A DNA stretch of 62,765 nucleotides, the filler included, from Chiloscyllium plagiosum (taxonomy: Eukaryota), in the NCBI RefSeq assembly GCF_004010195.1. It is 3 parts of one record of this genome, joined end to end, with 100 filler letters (N's around TTAATTAATTAA, not from the genome) between each part and the next. Parts side by side here need not be neighbours in the genome. Positions count along the whole stretch, not along the records: positions 22,737 to 49,556 come from NC_057712.1; 2 more parts are not named here. One strand, given 5' to 3'. The notes under the pieces are model-generated. The model saw nothing but the letters and a program-made list of their open reading frames with translations, searched no databases and was not told the origin of the DNA. A program made the translations under genes and the position numbers. Shown here piece after piece: positions 23,751 through 36,399 of the stretch. Positions within the stretch are counted from its first letter, which is position 1. Every line of letters starts with the position of its first letter.

Positions 23751-25488
23751 TTCCTCTTGAATAAAGATATACATTTTCGGCAAATTATTATTGCAGTGAA
23801 GACTGCAATCTATAGGAAACCCTGTAGAGCATTCTATGGAGGAATATTGTCTCACTAACAGCAGTTCCTGGATTTCTGTGTTGGTCTGAGCATGTGTGGA
23901 CTCCTGAAGAAGTTCTTAGGTTCAGTAATGACTGGAAACAGTGACCTTTTTACCAACATTACTACTGCAGAAACTGGCTATTGTGTAAGTGAACAAAACT
24001 GAAGAAGTTCATTCCATAAGGAATTCAGAAAAACTACATTTCTGGTAACTATTACACAAACCCATTCAATTCTCCAAAGCTTTCGGGGTTATTTGGTGAA
24101 TTGTGCAGCTGAAGATGCGATAATGAAGTCTAGCATGATGGTAGTCTGGTTTATGAAATATGAGAAGTTTCAATTCATTACACACTGTGAGCAAGAAGAA
24201 AAGAGCTTTATTCTCAAATTCCATTCATATTATCTGTGCAGCAAAAGAAAGAGGAGCAAAGGCTAAACTGATGCATGTTCAGAAAGACAGAACAGAGTAC
24301 CTGTAAGTGCAACTAATTTCTGGCATTAGACGTAGAAAACTGAGGAGGTAAAATTCCTCTTAATGAAAATTAGATGGTTGTCTAGTTTTCTCAAAGGCAA
24401 CGATCCATTGACCAAATCAAATTTTCCAAAATTTGCAGTTATCAAAGCAATGAATCCACACAATTGTGTTGGCAAATTTATTCTTTTTCATTCAAATGTG
24501 TATTTTGCCCTTCAGTTGATTATCTTATTAAATTGTTTTGCAATTTTCTGAGTATGTTGGCTACTATTATCACTCATGACTACCGACAAACAGTAAAGTT
24601 ATGCTTTTTCAGCATTAGCTGTCTTTGTTGTGATCAATTGGTAATTTTGTATGGAATTTAGACTCATTTTTTAAGGAAGATAATTTTTAAGGAAAAACTG
24701 ATCCAACCTAAAGTAACTTGCTTTGCTGTGTCATTTATGACCAATGGAAGGGGAGGGTGTTAAACTAATAAAAGTCAAGCAGATTAAGTCACGACTCAGT
24801 TCCAATCAATTCTTATGTTAGTGCCTCAAATTCACAGCAGAATAAAATTAAAATTCATAAGAAATCAAGTTTTGTGATTTTTCTGAAAGCTGTGTAAGGG
24901 GATAAACTAGAATCCAGACACATTTATTGGCTTTTTATACTCCATTTCCTCTGCTCTATCTATATCTTTTTGGCATGTAGTCTGAATTTTTTGATGCTGT
25001 TCCTTCAGTTAAGATGCCTACAAAGATCTGAGTATCTTGTAAAGACCATCACTCAACAGAGGGGCAAAGTAGATGACAGTAATTTACGAGCACCTGGGTT
25101 CTGAAGCAGCACCTCCCCACCCAGCTTGAACATTCAATTCATAATGATAACTTTTCAGACTGATAATGACAACTCTAAAGTATAATTTTTGGTGGGGCAG
25201 GTTTAAAAAAAATGTTGATCTGCTTCAAGCCATAAAGGGAATGTGACACTCAAAAGGTTAGCAATAATTATAGACCAGGGTTAGTTTTCCAGAGAATTAA
25301 GTGCTTGGAAAAGGTGTAGTTTATCAAGTCGTCCATTTGTGTGTGCATTTATTGAACTATTTACTTGAATGTAGTTTGGGCGAGGTTGAAGTAAGATGGG
25401 TTGACCTAGCTTAACCCCAGTTCAGTATTGTCATGTTTTCATGTTCTGAAGAACATGTCATTAATAAGGACGCAGATGAATTATCTCT

Positions 25489-25640
25489 GTTGTGGTTCTG
25501 TTCGCCGAGCTGGGAATTTGTGTTGCAGACGTTTCGTCCCCTGTCTAGGTGACATCCTCATGCTTGGGAGCCTCCTGTGAAGCGCTTCTGTGATGTTTCC
25601 TCCGGCATTTATAGTGATTTGTACCTGCCGCTTCCGGTTT
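25489..25640 (-). mobile_element. Penelope-associated repeat (third family) with hammerhead-like core
   Basis: Minus strand reads GCA-TGAGGA-TGTCACC-TAGACA-GGGGAC-GAAACGTC-TGC. CpG-rich relative to flanks. Confidence 0.7.
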
Positions 25641-26499
25641 TGTGCCATTTTTCATCACCAATAACGTTGCCTGTGACTTTGTTTTCAACTTCATCTTTGT
25701 CCACCTCACTTTTTAAATGCCATCAGCTAGTTTTGCCTCTTTCTTTCTCCATTCCCATCCTCCTTCTCAGTTCTTATAAGATTTGTGAATGAAAACCCAT
25801 GGAGAAATGTGATTGGATTCAATTCAGCTGTACTGTTAAGTCAGTGAATGGATTTAAGATAAGGGTCTTTCCCATTGAGTCACTTTCTGGTGGAAACTGA
25901 CTGTGCAGATCAATAGTCACCTGATGGGATGTTTCTATGTGAAGAGAAAAATAATTTACATCTCCACAGTGGATTTCACTGATTTCTTTCCCTTCTTGTC
26001 CCAACTTTTTTTTTCAGAAATTGAGTAGTCTGAGCAGGGGTTCATTCAAAAAATCGAACAAGAGCTCATGACTTGCAAACTAATTGTCCAGTCATAATCT
26101 CCAGCTGCTTTTTAACTCAATCTTCAGTAATCACTAGAGCCACCTGACCAAGGAAATGTTTCATGCTCTGCTGTGAAAAAGGATACAACTGTGTTGTGAA
26201 GAATGGACCAAGAACTTTTAAAAGCATCAGTGCAAATAGTATGTGGATTTTGAAAGTTTTGGGAGTATGTCTTTTTTTAAAATATACATTAAGTTAGGAA
26301 GGGGTAAAGTGTGGAAATATGCCATTGGGTACAATGCTTCATAAAATTCAAAGATATTAATGTCTAATTTTTTAGTCAGGATTCATGTTAAGCTAGTTTA
26401 TTTACCTAGACTGGTAAATAAACTAAATGTTGATTAAAATAGGTCAGCATGAAAGCCTGTTGTCCTGTTGGCTTCTGTTCCTGTTTACCCCAATGTTTT

Positions 26500-26690
26500 C
26501 TCTGGTGTCTGTCAAGGATCTATCCTTGTCCTGCTCCTATTTCTCCTCTATGTGCTACCCCTCAATGATATCATCCAGTAACATGTCAGTTTCTAAATGT
26601 CATTGATGACTCCCAGCACTATCTCACTATCAAGTGTCATTGTCATTCAATTGTCAGATTGCTTGTTCACTTCTAGTTAAGCAGAAAATA
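26500..26690 (+). mobile_element. L2 LINE RT fragment
   Basis: GVCQGSILVLLLFLLYVLPLNDIIQ...DDSQHYL, decayed RT core motifs. Confidence 0.7.
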
Positions 26691-26859
26691 GGCAGATCTT
26701 CCGATTTTTAGTTCAATCCAAGTTGTGCTGAATGTTTTGGAGGGACTTTCAGTGACACGCCTAATAAGAATTCTCAACCTATCTTACTGAATTCATCTTA
26801 TTAATGACCTATCATGTCCCTGTGGTATCTCTCTTGTATGACTTCCAGTCTGTTATATG

Positions 26860-27215
26860 TACCATTCCTGGAAAAACTCTGCTCAACTGATATCTTGGAA
26901 TTCACCCACCCCTTGCGTGTGTTCCATCTTTAAAAGCCCATTACGCTCTTGGAAAGTCCTCAGTCCAGAGTTGCCTGCACAGTTGCCGATTTTTGTGTGT
27001 GGCATATGTGAGACCTGGAGGTCCAGTTGGCTAGGGTGATGTAGACATGGGATTTCCTCCTCCCTCAGGACATGCATGGAGGAGACCCCACCGGGAGATG
27101 CCAGCCTGGTCTGAGGTTACTACATGGGTTAAAGCACTCTCACTCATCTGGAGGAATTCCCAGCACTGGAGGAAGAAGGTCAATGTCCTCCTGCACTTCT
27201 CCAGGGTAAGTTCCA
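26860..27215 (+). mobile_element. PIF/Harbinger-type Myb/SANT ORF remnant
   Basis: AWSEVTTWVKALSLIWRNSQHWRKKVNVL fits the W.EVA..V......R...QC.KK.NDL trihelix pattern. A splice-donor-like GGTAAG follows. Confidence 0.55.
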
Positions 27216-27359
27216 CCTTTTTCTCTCTGATACTTCACTCTTATTCTATCTATGCTCCTTAACTCACTTTCCACTAAGGCTCATGCTCTACCACACTCAC
27301 TGTTGTTTTTTGGACACAGGGTAGGAGCCCCGATGCAAGCTTTTCAATCAATCCATCAG

Positions 27360-28322
27360 CAATAAATTCCAATCCTCCTGACCTGGAGTAATGAGTAAAC
27401 TCACCTCCTGACTCCGAAAAGCCTGCCCAGCATCTGCACTGCACAAAACAGGGGTAAGATGGAATACTTCCAACTTTCCTGGTCAAGAGCAGCTCCGACA
27501 ATATGATGCCATTCAGGACAAAGCAGCCCACTTGACTGGCACCATATCCATAAACATACCACCATCTCTGACACACATGTGCAGCAGAGTATACAGTCTA
27601 TAAAATTCACCAAAGTTCTTCTGCACCTTCCAAACCCATGATCACTAGTTTCAAGGGAAAGGGCAACATAAACATTGCAACACCATCACTTGTAAGTTTC
27701 TTTCCAAGCCATTCACCAATCTGACTTGAAAATATATTGGAGTTTTTTTTCACTGCTGTGGTGTCAAAATAGGCTGGGACATTTTTCACAGGAGTTTAGA
27801 AGGTTCAGAGGTGACCTAATAGAGTTTTATTAAATAATGAGGGTTATAGGTAAGGCAACTGTCAAGTGTGCTTTTCCTAGGGTGGGGAATTTCCAGACTA
27901 GGGGGCATATTATAAAGGTGAGAGGAGAAAGATTTAAAAAAGATATGAGGGGCAATTCTTTTTATCCAGATGAAGTGGTGGATGTAGATACAGTTACAAC
28001 AATTAAAAGACATTAAGATACGAAAGTACATGAATACGAAATATTTGGAGGGATATGTTCCAAGTGCAGGCAGGTGGGACTAGTTTAGTTTGGGATTATG
28101 GTCAGCATGGACTGGTTGGTGGAAGGATTGGTTTCCCTGCTGTATGACTCTGACTCTAAAATTCATGAACTCTCCCTCTCTAAAAGCATTGTGGGTATAT
28201 CTACATCACATGGACTTGAACAATTCAAGAAAGCAGCTAGCCACCGCTTTCTCGAGAGCAGTTAGGAATAGACAATACTGGCCCAGCTAGTGAAGCTCAC
28301 ATCCCATGAATGAATTAAAACA
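27360..28322 (+). mobile_element. L2/CR1-group LINE (second family) 3' end, interrupted by a CR1 3' fragment at about 27786-28158
   Basis: Shares CTGACTTGNAA.TATATT and CCCATGAATGAAT tail motifs with 45400-46140 and 47800-48272. The insert has RGDLI and a TGACTC tail. Confidence 0.75.
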
Positions 28323-28604
28323 AAATTCCTTATGTGAGCTTGGCATAAATATTTCTTTATATTAGGAAAGGTAGCAATGAATATTTTATTACATAAAAGA
28401 TGATTAATTAATACAGGTTTTTGTTATCAAATTGAAGTTGGAAATGATAAATGTTCTTAATGTTCCACTCACATTGGAATGAAAAGTAAATTTGGTTTTG
28501 CTGGTTGAGAACAGAATCAAACTTGGTTTCAATTTTACTGCAATGGCACGCTCCCTCTAACTCCAAGAGCAAATAGTTCGCAGGTAATCATGCTGCAAGC
28601 TCAC

Positions 28605-28644
28605 CCCAGTATAATGCATTTTTGGATGTGGTAACCGAGGGTTT
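28605..28644 (-). CDS. Internal exon (40 nt, phase 0 to 1): KPSVTTSKNALYW
   Basis: Acceptor GTTCTGTGGATTTTAG, donor GGG/GTGAGC. Supplies the phase shift needed between 42210 and 20719, in a repeat-free island. Confidence 0.5.
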
Positions 28645-29749
28645 CTAAAATCCACAGAACTGCACACATCAAGAAGTTATTATTTTCAGGATAAAATGGC
28701 ACATAAAAGTACTGAAAGTAAATTGCCTGAAGAAAATAGCAGCAAAGCAAATTTGTATCCCAAAACAAATATATAGTTAGGTCAAACCTTTAAAAGGCTT
28801 CGTTCAGCCTGTCAAACAATCAGTAAACTGATGTAAAGTTTCTGCTGTGATGAATCTCAGTCTGTTTTGTTTTATTATGTGCTTTGAACTGAAGGACATC
28901 CTGGACTAGATAAACAAGTTAGTGGATGAACATGCCCTGGGCTAATACAAAAAAACTACTGCTGGAAACCATGATGTTCCTATTAATAGCAGCTTGTGAT
29001 GCCTTTTGCACTCAGTTTTTATGGGGAGTTTAATTTTATTTTTTTTCTCTTTGTATCTCTCCCCACCCACCTCTCTCTAAGTGCAGATTAATGAAACTCA
29101 GACACCCAGTCTGGAGAAAGTTTAGTCTCCAAATGTGAGGAATTATAGAAGGAAGTAAGCAAACTGAACAGAAAATCATTATTACATCTACAACATTTAT
29201 TACATGATCAAATAAGAGCACATATCATTTATAATTGTCACCAGAACTCACTATATCAAAGCAATCGTTTGATCACCACATTACTTTAAAGCTATATTTA
29301 GCTTTGTTTTTATTTGGTTTTGTGTTGTTTTCAATATAGGTTTTCAAAAGGTCTGACTAAGCTGCTGCACTACTGCACTAATGACAAAAGTTAGGTCATG
29401 TCACTTGGGGAATAAACAGCTGAATGGTAACAAATTGGATGTTTTAAAAGAGCAAAGAGCCAGAGGGTAACAATTTAGATAGGAAGACAGGAAGCAGTAT
29501 TATCAAATACCGGTTCATAATTTAGATAAATGATTGGGACTTGGAAATGAGTAACTTGATATCAACATTTGCCGGTGATACCAAACTGAAAACTATAAAC
29601 TAACACTGAGGAGAAATAGCATCTGTACAGGAAAACAGTAAGTAACTTGCCAAGTAGACAATTAATTGGCAGATGAGCATTAAAATCAGTAAATATGAGC
29701 AGATTCATTTATTTGGATAACAATATCTTGCATTTATCCTTTAGCATAG

Positions 29750-32020
29750 CCACATAGAATAGGACAGGCCCTTCAGCCTTCGATGTTATGCCGATCTTTT
29801 AGTACATAGATCAAACTAACCTACGTACCCTTCATTTTACTATCATTCATGTGCCTATCCAAGAGTCGCTTAAACGTCCCTAATGTATCTGACTCTACTA
29901 TCACAGTTCATTCTCTGTGTAAAGAACCTACCTCTGACATCTCCCCTAAAACTTCCTCCAATCACTTTAAATTTATGCCCCCTCATGATCACCATTTCCA
30001 TCCTGGGAAAAAAAGTCTATGGCTATCCACTCTGTCTATGCCTCTCGTCGTCATGTACACCTCTACCAAGCCACCTCTCATCCATCTTCACTCCAATGAG
30101 ATAAGCCCTAACTCCCTCAACCTTACTTCATAAGTCATGACTTTTAGTCCAGGCAGCATCCTGGTAAATCTCCTCTGCAACTTCTCTCTATAGCTTCCAT
30201 ATCCTTCCTATAATGAGGCGACCAGAACTGAACACAATATTCCAAGTGTGGTCTAACTAGGGCTTTATAGGGCTGCAGCATAACCTCATGGCTCTTAAAC
30301 TCATTCCCCCTGCAAATGAAAGCCAACATACCGTACATGGACTTGGACCCCAAGATCCCTCTGTTCCTCCACATTATCAAGAATCCTGCCTTTAACCCCG
30401 TAATTTGCATTCAAATTCAACCTTCCAAAATGAATTACTTCATACTTTTCCAAGATGAAATCCATCTGCCACTTCTCAGCTGAGCTCTGCATCCTGTCAA
30501 TGTTCCATTGCAACCTTCAATAGCCCTCAACACGATCTACAACTCCACAACCTTCATGTCATCGACAAACTTACTAACCCATCCTTCAACTTCCTCATCC
30601 AAGTCATTTTAGAAAAATCACAAAGAGCAGCAGTCCCAGAACTGATTCCTGCAGAACACCACTGCTTACCGATCTCCAAGCTGAATACTTTCCATCTACT
30701 ACCACCCTCTATCTTCTATGGGCCAGCCAATTCTGTAACCAGATGGACAAATTTCTCTGTATGCCGTGCCTCCTTACTTTCTGAATGAGTCTACCATGGA
30801 GAACCTTATCAAATTTCTTGCTAAAATCCATATACACAACATTCGCTGCTCTGCCTTCATGATTGTGTTTTGTCACAGCTCAAAGAATTCAGTTAGGCTT
30901 GTGGGGCATCACCTGCCCCTCTCAAAGCCATGTTGACTATCTCTAATCAAACTATGCTTTTTCAAATAATCATAAATCCTGTCTGCCAGAATCCTGTCCA
31001 ATAATTTGCCCACCACTGACTTAACACTGACTGGTCTGTAATGCTCAGGGTTATCCCTAGTCCCTTTTCTGAACAAGGGAATAACATTTGCCACCCTCCA
31101 ATCATCTGGTACTACTCTAGTAGATAGTGAGGATGCAAAGATCATCACCAAATGTACAGCAATCTCTTCCCTCACTTCCTGTCGTAACATTGGGTATATC
31201 CCATCTTGCCCAGGACTTATCTATCCTCATGTTTTTCAAAATTTCCAGCACATCCTCTTTTTTAACATCAACCTGTTCAAACATATCAGCCTGTTTCAAG
31301 GTGTCCTCACAAATGACAAACTCCCTCTCACTAGTGTATACTGAAGCAAAGTATTCATTAAGGCCCTCTACCTCCTCCGATGCCAGATGAAAGTTGCCTC
31401 CACTATCCCTGATTGGCCCTACCCTCACTCAGGCCATCCTCTTGTTCCTCACATAAGTGTAGAACACCTTAAGGTTTTCCTTAATCCTACCCGCCAAGGC
31501 TTTGTCATGCCCACATCTAGCTCTCCTAAGACCATTCTTTGATTCCTTCCTGGCTACCTTATAACCTTCGAGAGCCCTGTCTGATCCTTGCTTCCTCAAC
31601 ATTAAGTAAGCTTCCTTCTTCCTCTTGACTAGATGGTTAACATCTTTTGTTGTCCAAAGTTCCTTTACCCTCCCTTTCCTTCCTTGCCTCAATGGGACAA
31701 ACTTATCCAGCACTCACAACAAGTGCTCCCTAGACAATCTCCACATTTCTGCCATGCATTTCCCTGAGAACATTTGTTCCCAACTTATGCTGCACAGTTC
31801 CTGCTTAATAGCATTGTGATTTCCTCCTCCCACAATTAAATACTTTCTCATACCGTCAGTTTCTATCCCCTCCATGACGATAGTAAAGGTCAAGGAATTG
31901 TGATCACTATCACCGAAATGTTGTCCCATCGAGAGATTTGATACCTGGCCTGATTTATTGCCAAGCACCAAATCCAATATGGCCTCCCCTCCAGTCGACC
32001 TATCTACATATTGAGTCAGC
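29750..32020 (-). mobile_element. CR1 LINE, about 2.3 kb of ORF2 plus 3' tail, multiple stops and frameshifts
   Basis: ORFs from 31714..31977 down to 30144..30410: HFGDSDHNSL, PDDWRVANVIPLFRKG, SQHGFERGR, LVRPHLEYCVQFWSP. Confidence 0.95.
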
Positions 32021-32585
32021 CCAAAGTCATATGGCTCATAGTAGTTCGTAGGACCATTATGAAACTAAATTTGACATCAAACCACATGAAGTTTTAAAAC
32101 AGACAATCAAAATCTTGGTCAAAGAGATGCATTTTCAAGAGGAAAGCAAGAATAGGTCCATAAAGAGGTATAGGGAGGCAACTCTATACCTTAGAGCCTG
32201 GCAACTACTGGCATAACAGATAATAGTGGGGCAATTAAAATTAGTGATGTGGAAGGGGGTAGAATTAGAAGAGTGCAGAAAGGAGGTAAGGAGGATTGAG
32301 CCTGTGGAAAGACTTGAAAACAGTAATGAGACTTTTAAATGTGAATGTATTACTAGACTGTGGGTCAGCAAACACAGAAGTAATAAGTGAAATTGGTTTA
32401 ATTTAGTATATGGGAATAATTTAGTTTTGGCTGAGCTTGAGCTTATGAAAGGTGGGAAATGCAAGGCAAATGAGGAGACCATTGCAATAGTCAAGTTGAG
32501 AGACATGGATGACTTATTCAGTATGAGAAAAACTACGGTAGGTGGTGGAATGATGTGTTTTTTTGCTGGAGTAGATAAATGGTTA

Positions 32586-32975
32586 GTTAGAAATCACACA
32601 ACACTAGGTTATAGTCCAACAGGTTTATTTGAAAGCACTAGCTTTCAGAGTGCTGCTCCTTCAGGTGGTTGTGGAGTATAAGATGGTAAGACACAGAATT
32701 TATAGCAAATGTTTACAGTCTGATGCAACTGAAATTATATATTGGAAAAGACCTGGATCGTTTGTTAAGTCTCTCATCTTTTATGACCATGATGTTTTAG
32801 TTCTTTCATATGTAAATCCCAGAACTTTTTTTTTAAAGGTACATTCTCAAGTGAACTTTAACAATTGGTGGCATGCCATCTCAGATAATGCATTGAAGGT
32901 GTGAGGTGCCTCGTGTGAGGCTGTCTGTGCCCCAATGTTCAGACTGATTCTATTTCTAAAAGAGGGATGTACAAA
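32586..32975 (-). mobile_element. Penelope-derived repeat (second family)
   Basis: Matches 45727-46004 and 51470-51670. Contains decayed GGAGCAGCACTCTGAAAGCTAG on the minus strand. Confidence 0.7.
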
Positions 32976-34179
32976 ATTTGGTGATGTTGGATCACAGTGG
33001 AAAATTCTGCCTAGTTTTGGAATCTATTATACCATCATACCAATTGATATCTTATAAAACTTGGATGTATGAACTACAGTACAAACGAGGACTGAAAGCA
33101 TCAAGATATTCATGTACATCAATGTGACACTACTGCCTCAAGTATAATTTGAAGTTCACTTTAGACTGTGTAACTGACAGTTGCCTACTGTAAGCCTGTC
33201 CAGCTTAGCATGAGAACAAGCAAAGTTGAGCTCAATGAGAAGATTCTTATTTACATTGATTTTAAATGTTCTGATTTCCACACATTGTTGTGGGACATTT
33301 GGTGGAAATGTCTTCACCAAATACATTTAGGAATATCACTCTTATATAAAACTGTAATTAAAGAGTTAAGGCAGAACACACCATGGAAAAGGTAACTAAT
33401 CCTGAACCATAAGAACAACTTTTTCTATATTCTCATGGAGCTGTTTACTATCAATAGTAAATTCAATGAAATAACCAATGTGCCAGTTACAGCTCAAAAT
33501 CAGTTTGTGCTCAGTGAAATTGGAAAATGTTGACAGTTCTTATGAAGAAAGTAATGAATACAGTACCACATAATGTAACATTGTAATAAATGGCAATTTG
33601 ACTTGTTTTCATGGTGATTGTCTTAATTTGAATTTATTAATGTGAATTGTTTTTAGCTGAAGTTAATGGTATGTGATAACTTCAACTTTCATTTCACACT
33701 GGTAAGTTGACCTGAGTGTGTGAACCATTTCATCTAGGGTTGTTCTGAAGTAGTATACTTGCTCCTGACTGACTTACTGCTGCTGGGAGGAAGGAAAATG
33801 TCATTTAGTGTGTAAAATCTGGTTCTCAGAAATAGAAGCACAAACATAGATTAAGGGTAGAAAGAAAGGCAGATAGGGTGTGAAAGAGAAACTGCAGCTG
33901 GAAGAGGCTTAGTTCATGTATGTCTGAGTGGACATGTCTCTGCTTAAACAAGCAAAGAGAGTAGATGTTTCCCCAAGACTGCAGGTAAAAATCTACTCAA
34001 GAGGATAATGCAGTATTGTCATGAAAAGTGGTTGAAGCAGTGTCAGCTCCATTGCCACATAGTTGTCCACATAATGCTGAAAGCAGAATAAATATTTGAA
34101 GTTGACCAATGTAAGGGAAGACTTGAATTTCCTTGTACATCCTAAATATTAGAAACATGCCACTTTCATGATTTACAAC

Positions 34180-36270
34180 AGAACCTAGAGTGGCACAGTA
34201 AAGGAACAAGTCCTTCGACCCACCACGTTTGTGCCAACCATGATACCATTCTAAATGAATACCATCTTCATGCACATGGACTGTATCCCTCTATTTTCTA
34301 CCTGGTCTTTTGGCTAATTAAATACTTCTAAATGTTGCTATCACTTCTGCTTCTGCTAGCTCCCCTAGCAGTGCACTCCAGGAACCTACACGCTCTGCAA
34401 GAAAAAAATTGCTTCACACATTTCCTTTAGACTTTCCCCTCTCACCTTAAACCTAAGCCCCGTTGTTTTTGAAAGTTCACTCTGGGAAGAGGACTCTGAC
34501 TATTCAACCCATCCATGCCCCTCATAATTTTATATACTTCTGTCACGTGCCCGTCAGTCTTCGATGCAGTAGTGAAAACAAGTGTATCTAACCTTTCCTT
34601 CTAGCTAATACACTCCAATCCAGGCAACATCCTGATAACTGTCTTTTATATCCTCTTGAAGGACTCAACATCCTTCCAGGAGTGTAGTAACCAAAATTGC
34701 ACAAATATTGCAAATGGGGCCTAACTAAAAGTTTTAGACAGCTGCAACATGACTTGCCAACTTTTATGCTCCATGCTCTGACCAATGAGGACAAGCATGC
34801 TATGTGCCACTTTTACTACCTCATCTATTTGTGTTGCCTCTTTCAGGGAGCTATGATCTTGCACCCCAAGAACCCTCTGTATAACAATGCTCCTAAGCAT
34901 CATGCGATTTACTGTATACTTTCCTCTTGTATGACCTCCCAAAATGTATCACCACACATTTGTCCAGATTAAACTCCATGTGCCATTTGTCGACCCAACT
35001 TTCCAACTGATCTATAGCCTTTGACAACCTTCATCACTATCTACATCTCCACAAATTTTCATGTCATCTATAAATGTAATCATCAAATAGATATTATAAA
35101 CAACAGAGATCCCAACAGAGATTCTCACAGACCTCCAGTGAGAAAAATGCCCTTCCCCAGCCAACCTGTATCTTCTATGACTAAGGCATTTTTAAATCCA
35201 ACCTACCAATTCATTGTGGATCTCATATGGCTTAATCTTCTGGACCAGGAGGAAGTGAGGATTGCTGATGCTGGAGAATCAGTCAAAAAGAGTGTCTCTG
35301 GAAAAGCACAGCAGGTCAGGCAACATCCAAGGAGCAGGAGAGTCGATGTTTTGGGCATAATACATTCCTGATGAAGGTCTCATGCCTGAAATGTTGACTC
35401 TCCTGCTCCACGGCTGCTACCTGACCTGCTGTGCTTTTCCACCGCCACCCTTTTTTACTCATGTGGACCAGCCTACAATAGTGGACTTCATCGATAAAAT
35501 TCTTGTAGACAATATTCACAACCCTACCCTCATCAATCATCTGTCACCTCAAAGAAACTCAATCAAATTTTCACAAAACCATGCTGACTATCTTTAAGTC
35601 CATTATTTTCAAATGTGAGTTAGTCCTGTCCCTAAGAATCTTATTTCCCTACCAGTGATGTAAGGCTCACTGGTTTATAATTTCCAGAATTATTTCTGTT
35701 GCCCTCCTTAAATAAGAGAACAACATTGGTTGTTCTCATGTCTTCTGGGATCTCACCTGTGGCTAAAGAGGAAATGAAGGTCTCTGTCAAGTCCCAACAG
35801 TCTCCTCCCTTGCCTCCCTCAGTTTCCTGGGATAGATCCCATCAGACCCTGGGGACCTAGCTACCTCAATGTTTTTCAAGACATTCAACACATACTTCTT
35901 AATACCATCATGCCCTGGAATATCATCATCATCCCTCCCTTTTGTCATCATCCATGTCCTCCTCCTTGTTAAAACTGATGCAAATTTCTCTTTAAGGATC
36001 TCACCCACTTTCTCTGACTCCACACTTAAATTTCGTCCTTTGTCCTTGAGTGGCTACCCTCTTGCTCCTAATATATAAACAAAATGCTTTGGGATTCTCT
36101 TTAAGCATACTTACAAGGGATATTTCGTGGCTCCTTTTAGCCCTTCTAATTCCTTGTTTAAGTTCTTTCTTGCTTCCTTTATGTTCCTTAAGGGCCTGAT
36201 TTCAGTTTCCCAACCCTTCCATGTATGTTTGTTTTCTTTCTGATTCAATATCTTTTGTCATTCTGGGGGC
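34180..36270 (-). mobile_element. Decayed CR1 ORF2 and tail, with insertion at 35249-35463
   Basis: LLVRPHLQY, RSPGSDGIYPRKLREARE, KVGEILKEKFASV. Confidence 0.85.
35249..35463. mobile_element. Palindromic mini-Penelope pLTR element with hammerhead core and 8-bp TSD
   Basis: Inverted arms 35300-35358 / 35382-35440. CTGATGA-AGG...CCT-GAAA at 35368-35391. TGGACCAG duplicated at 35241 and 35464. Confidence 0.8.
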
Positions 36271-36399
36271 ATTCCTGAATACTTCCTGAATCTAAATGAT
36301 TTGATGAATCCCACAGCCAATACTCCCAAACCCCTTACAATCTCATTTTTCTTTTCTCAATACCATTGACTTACCACAGTGCCTGATGCATAAAATGTC

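Noticed and set aside
19389..28644. Alternative reading frame (VDDTDSRNAIGFRDITKWEGMYPSV...) using an acceptor at 20677
   Set aside because: That acceptor lacks a pyrimidine tract, and with the better acceptor at 20719/20716 this frame contains a stop.
33770..33800. Pyrimidine tract + CAGCAGCA + GTAAGT on the minus strand (micro-exon or recursive site)
   Set aside because: It would give a 2- or 5-nt frame-breaking exon and is not a true AGGT recursive motif.
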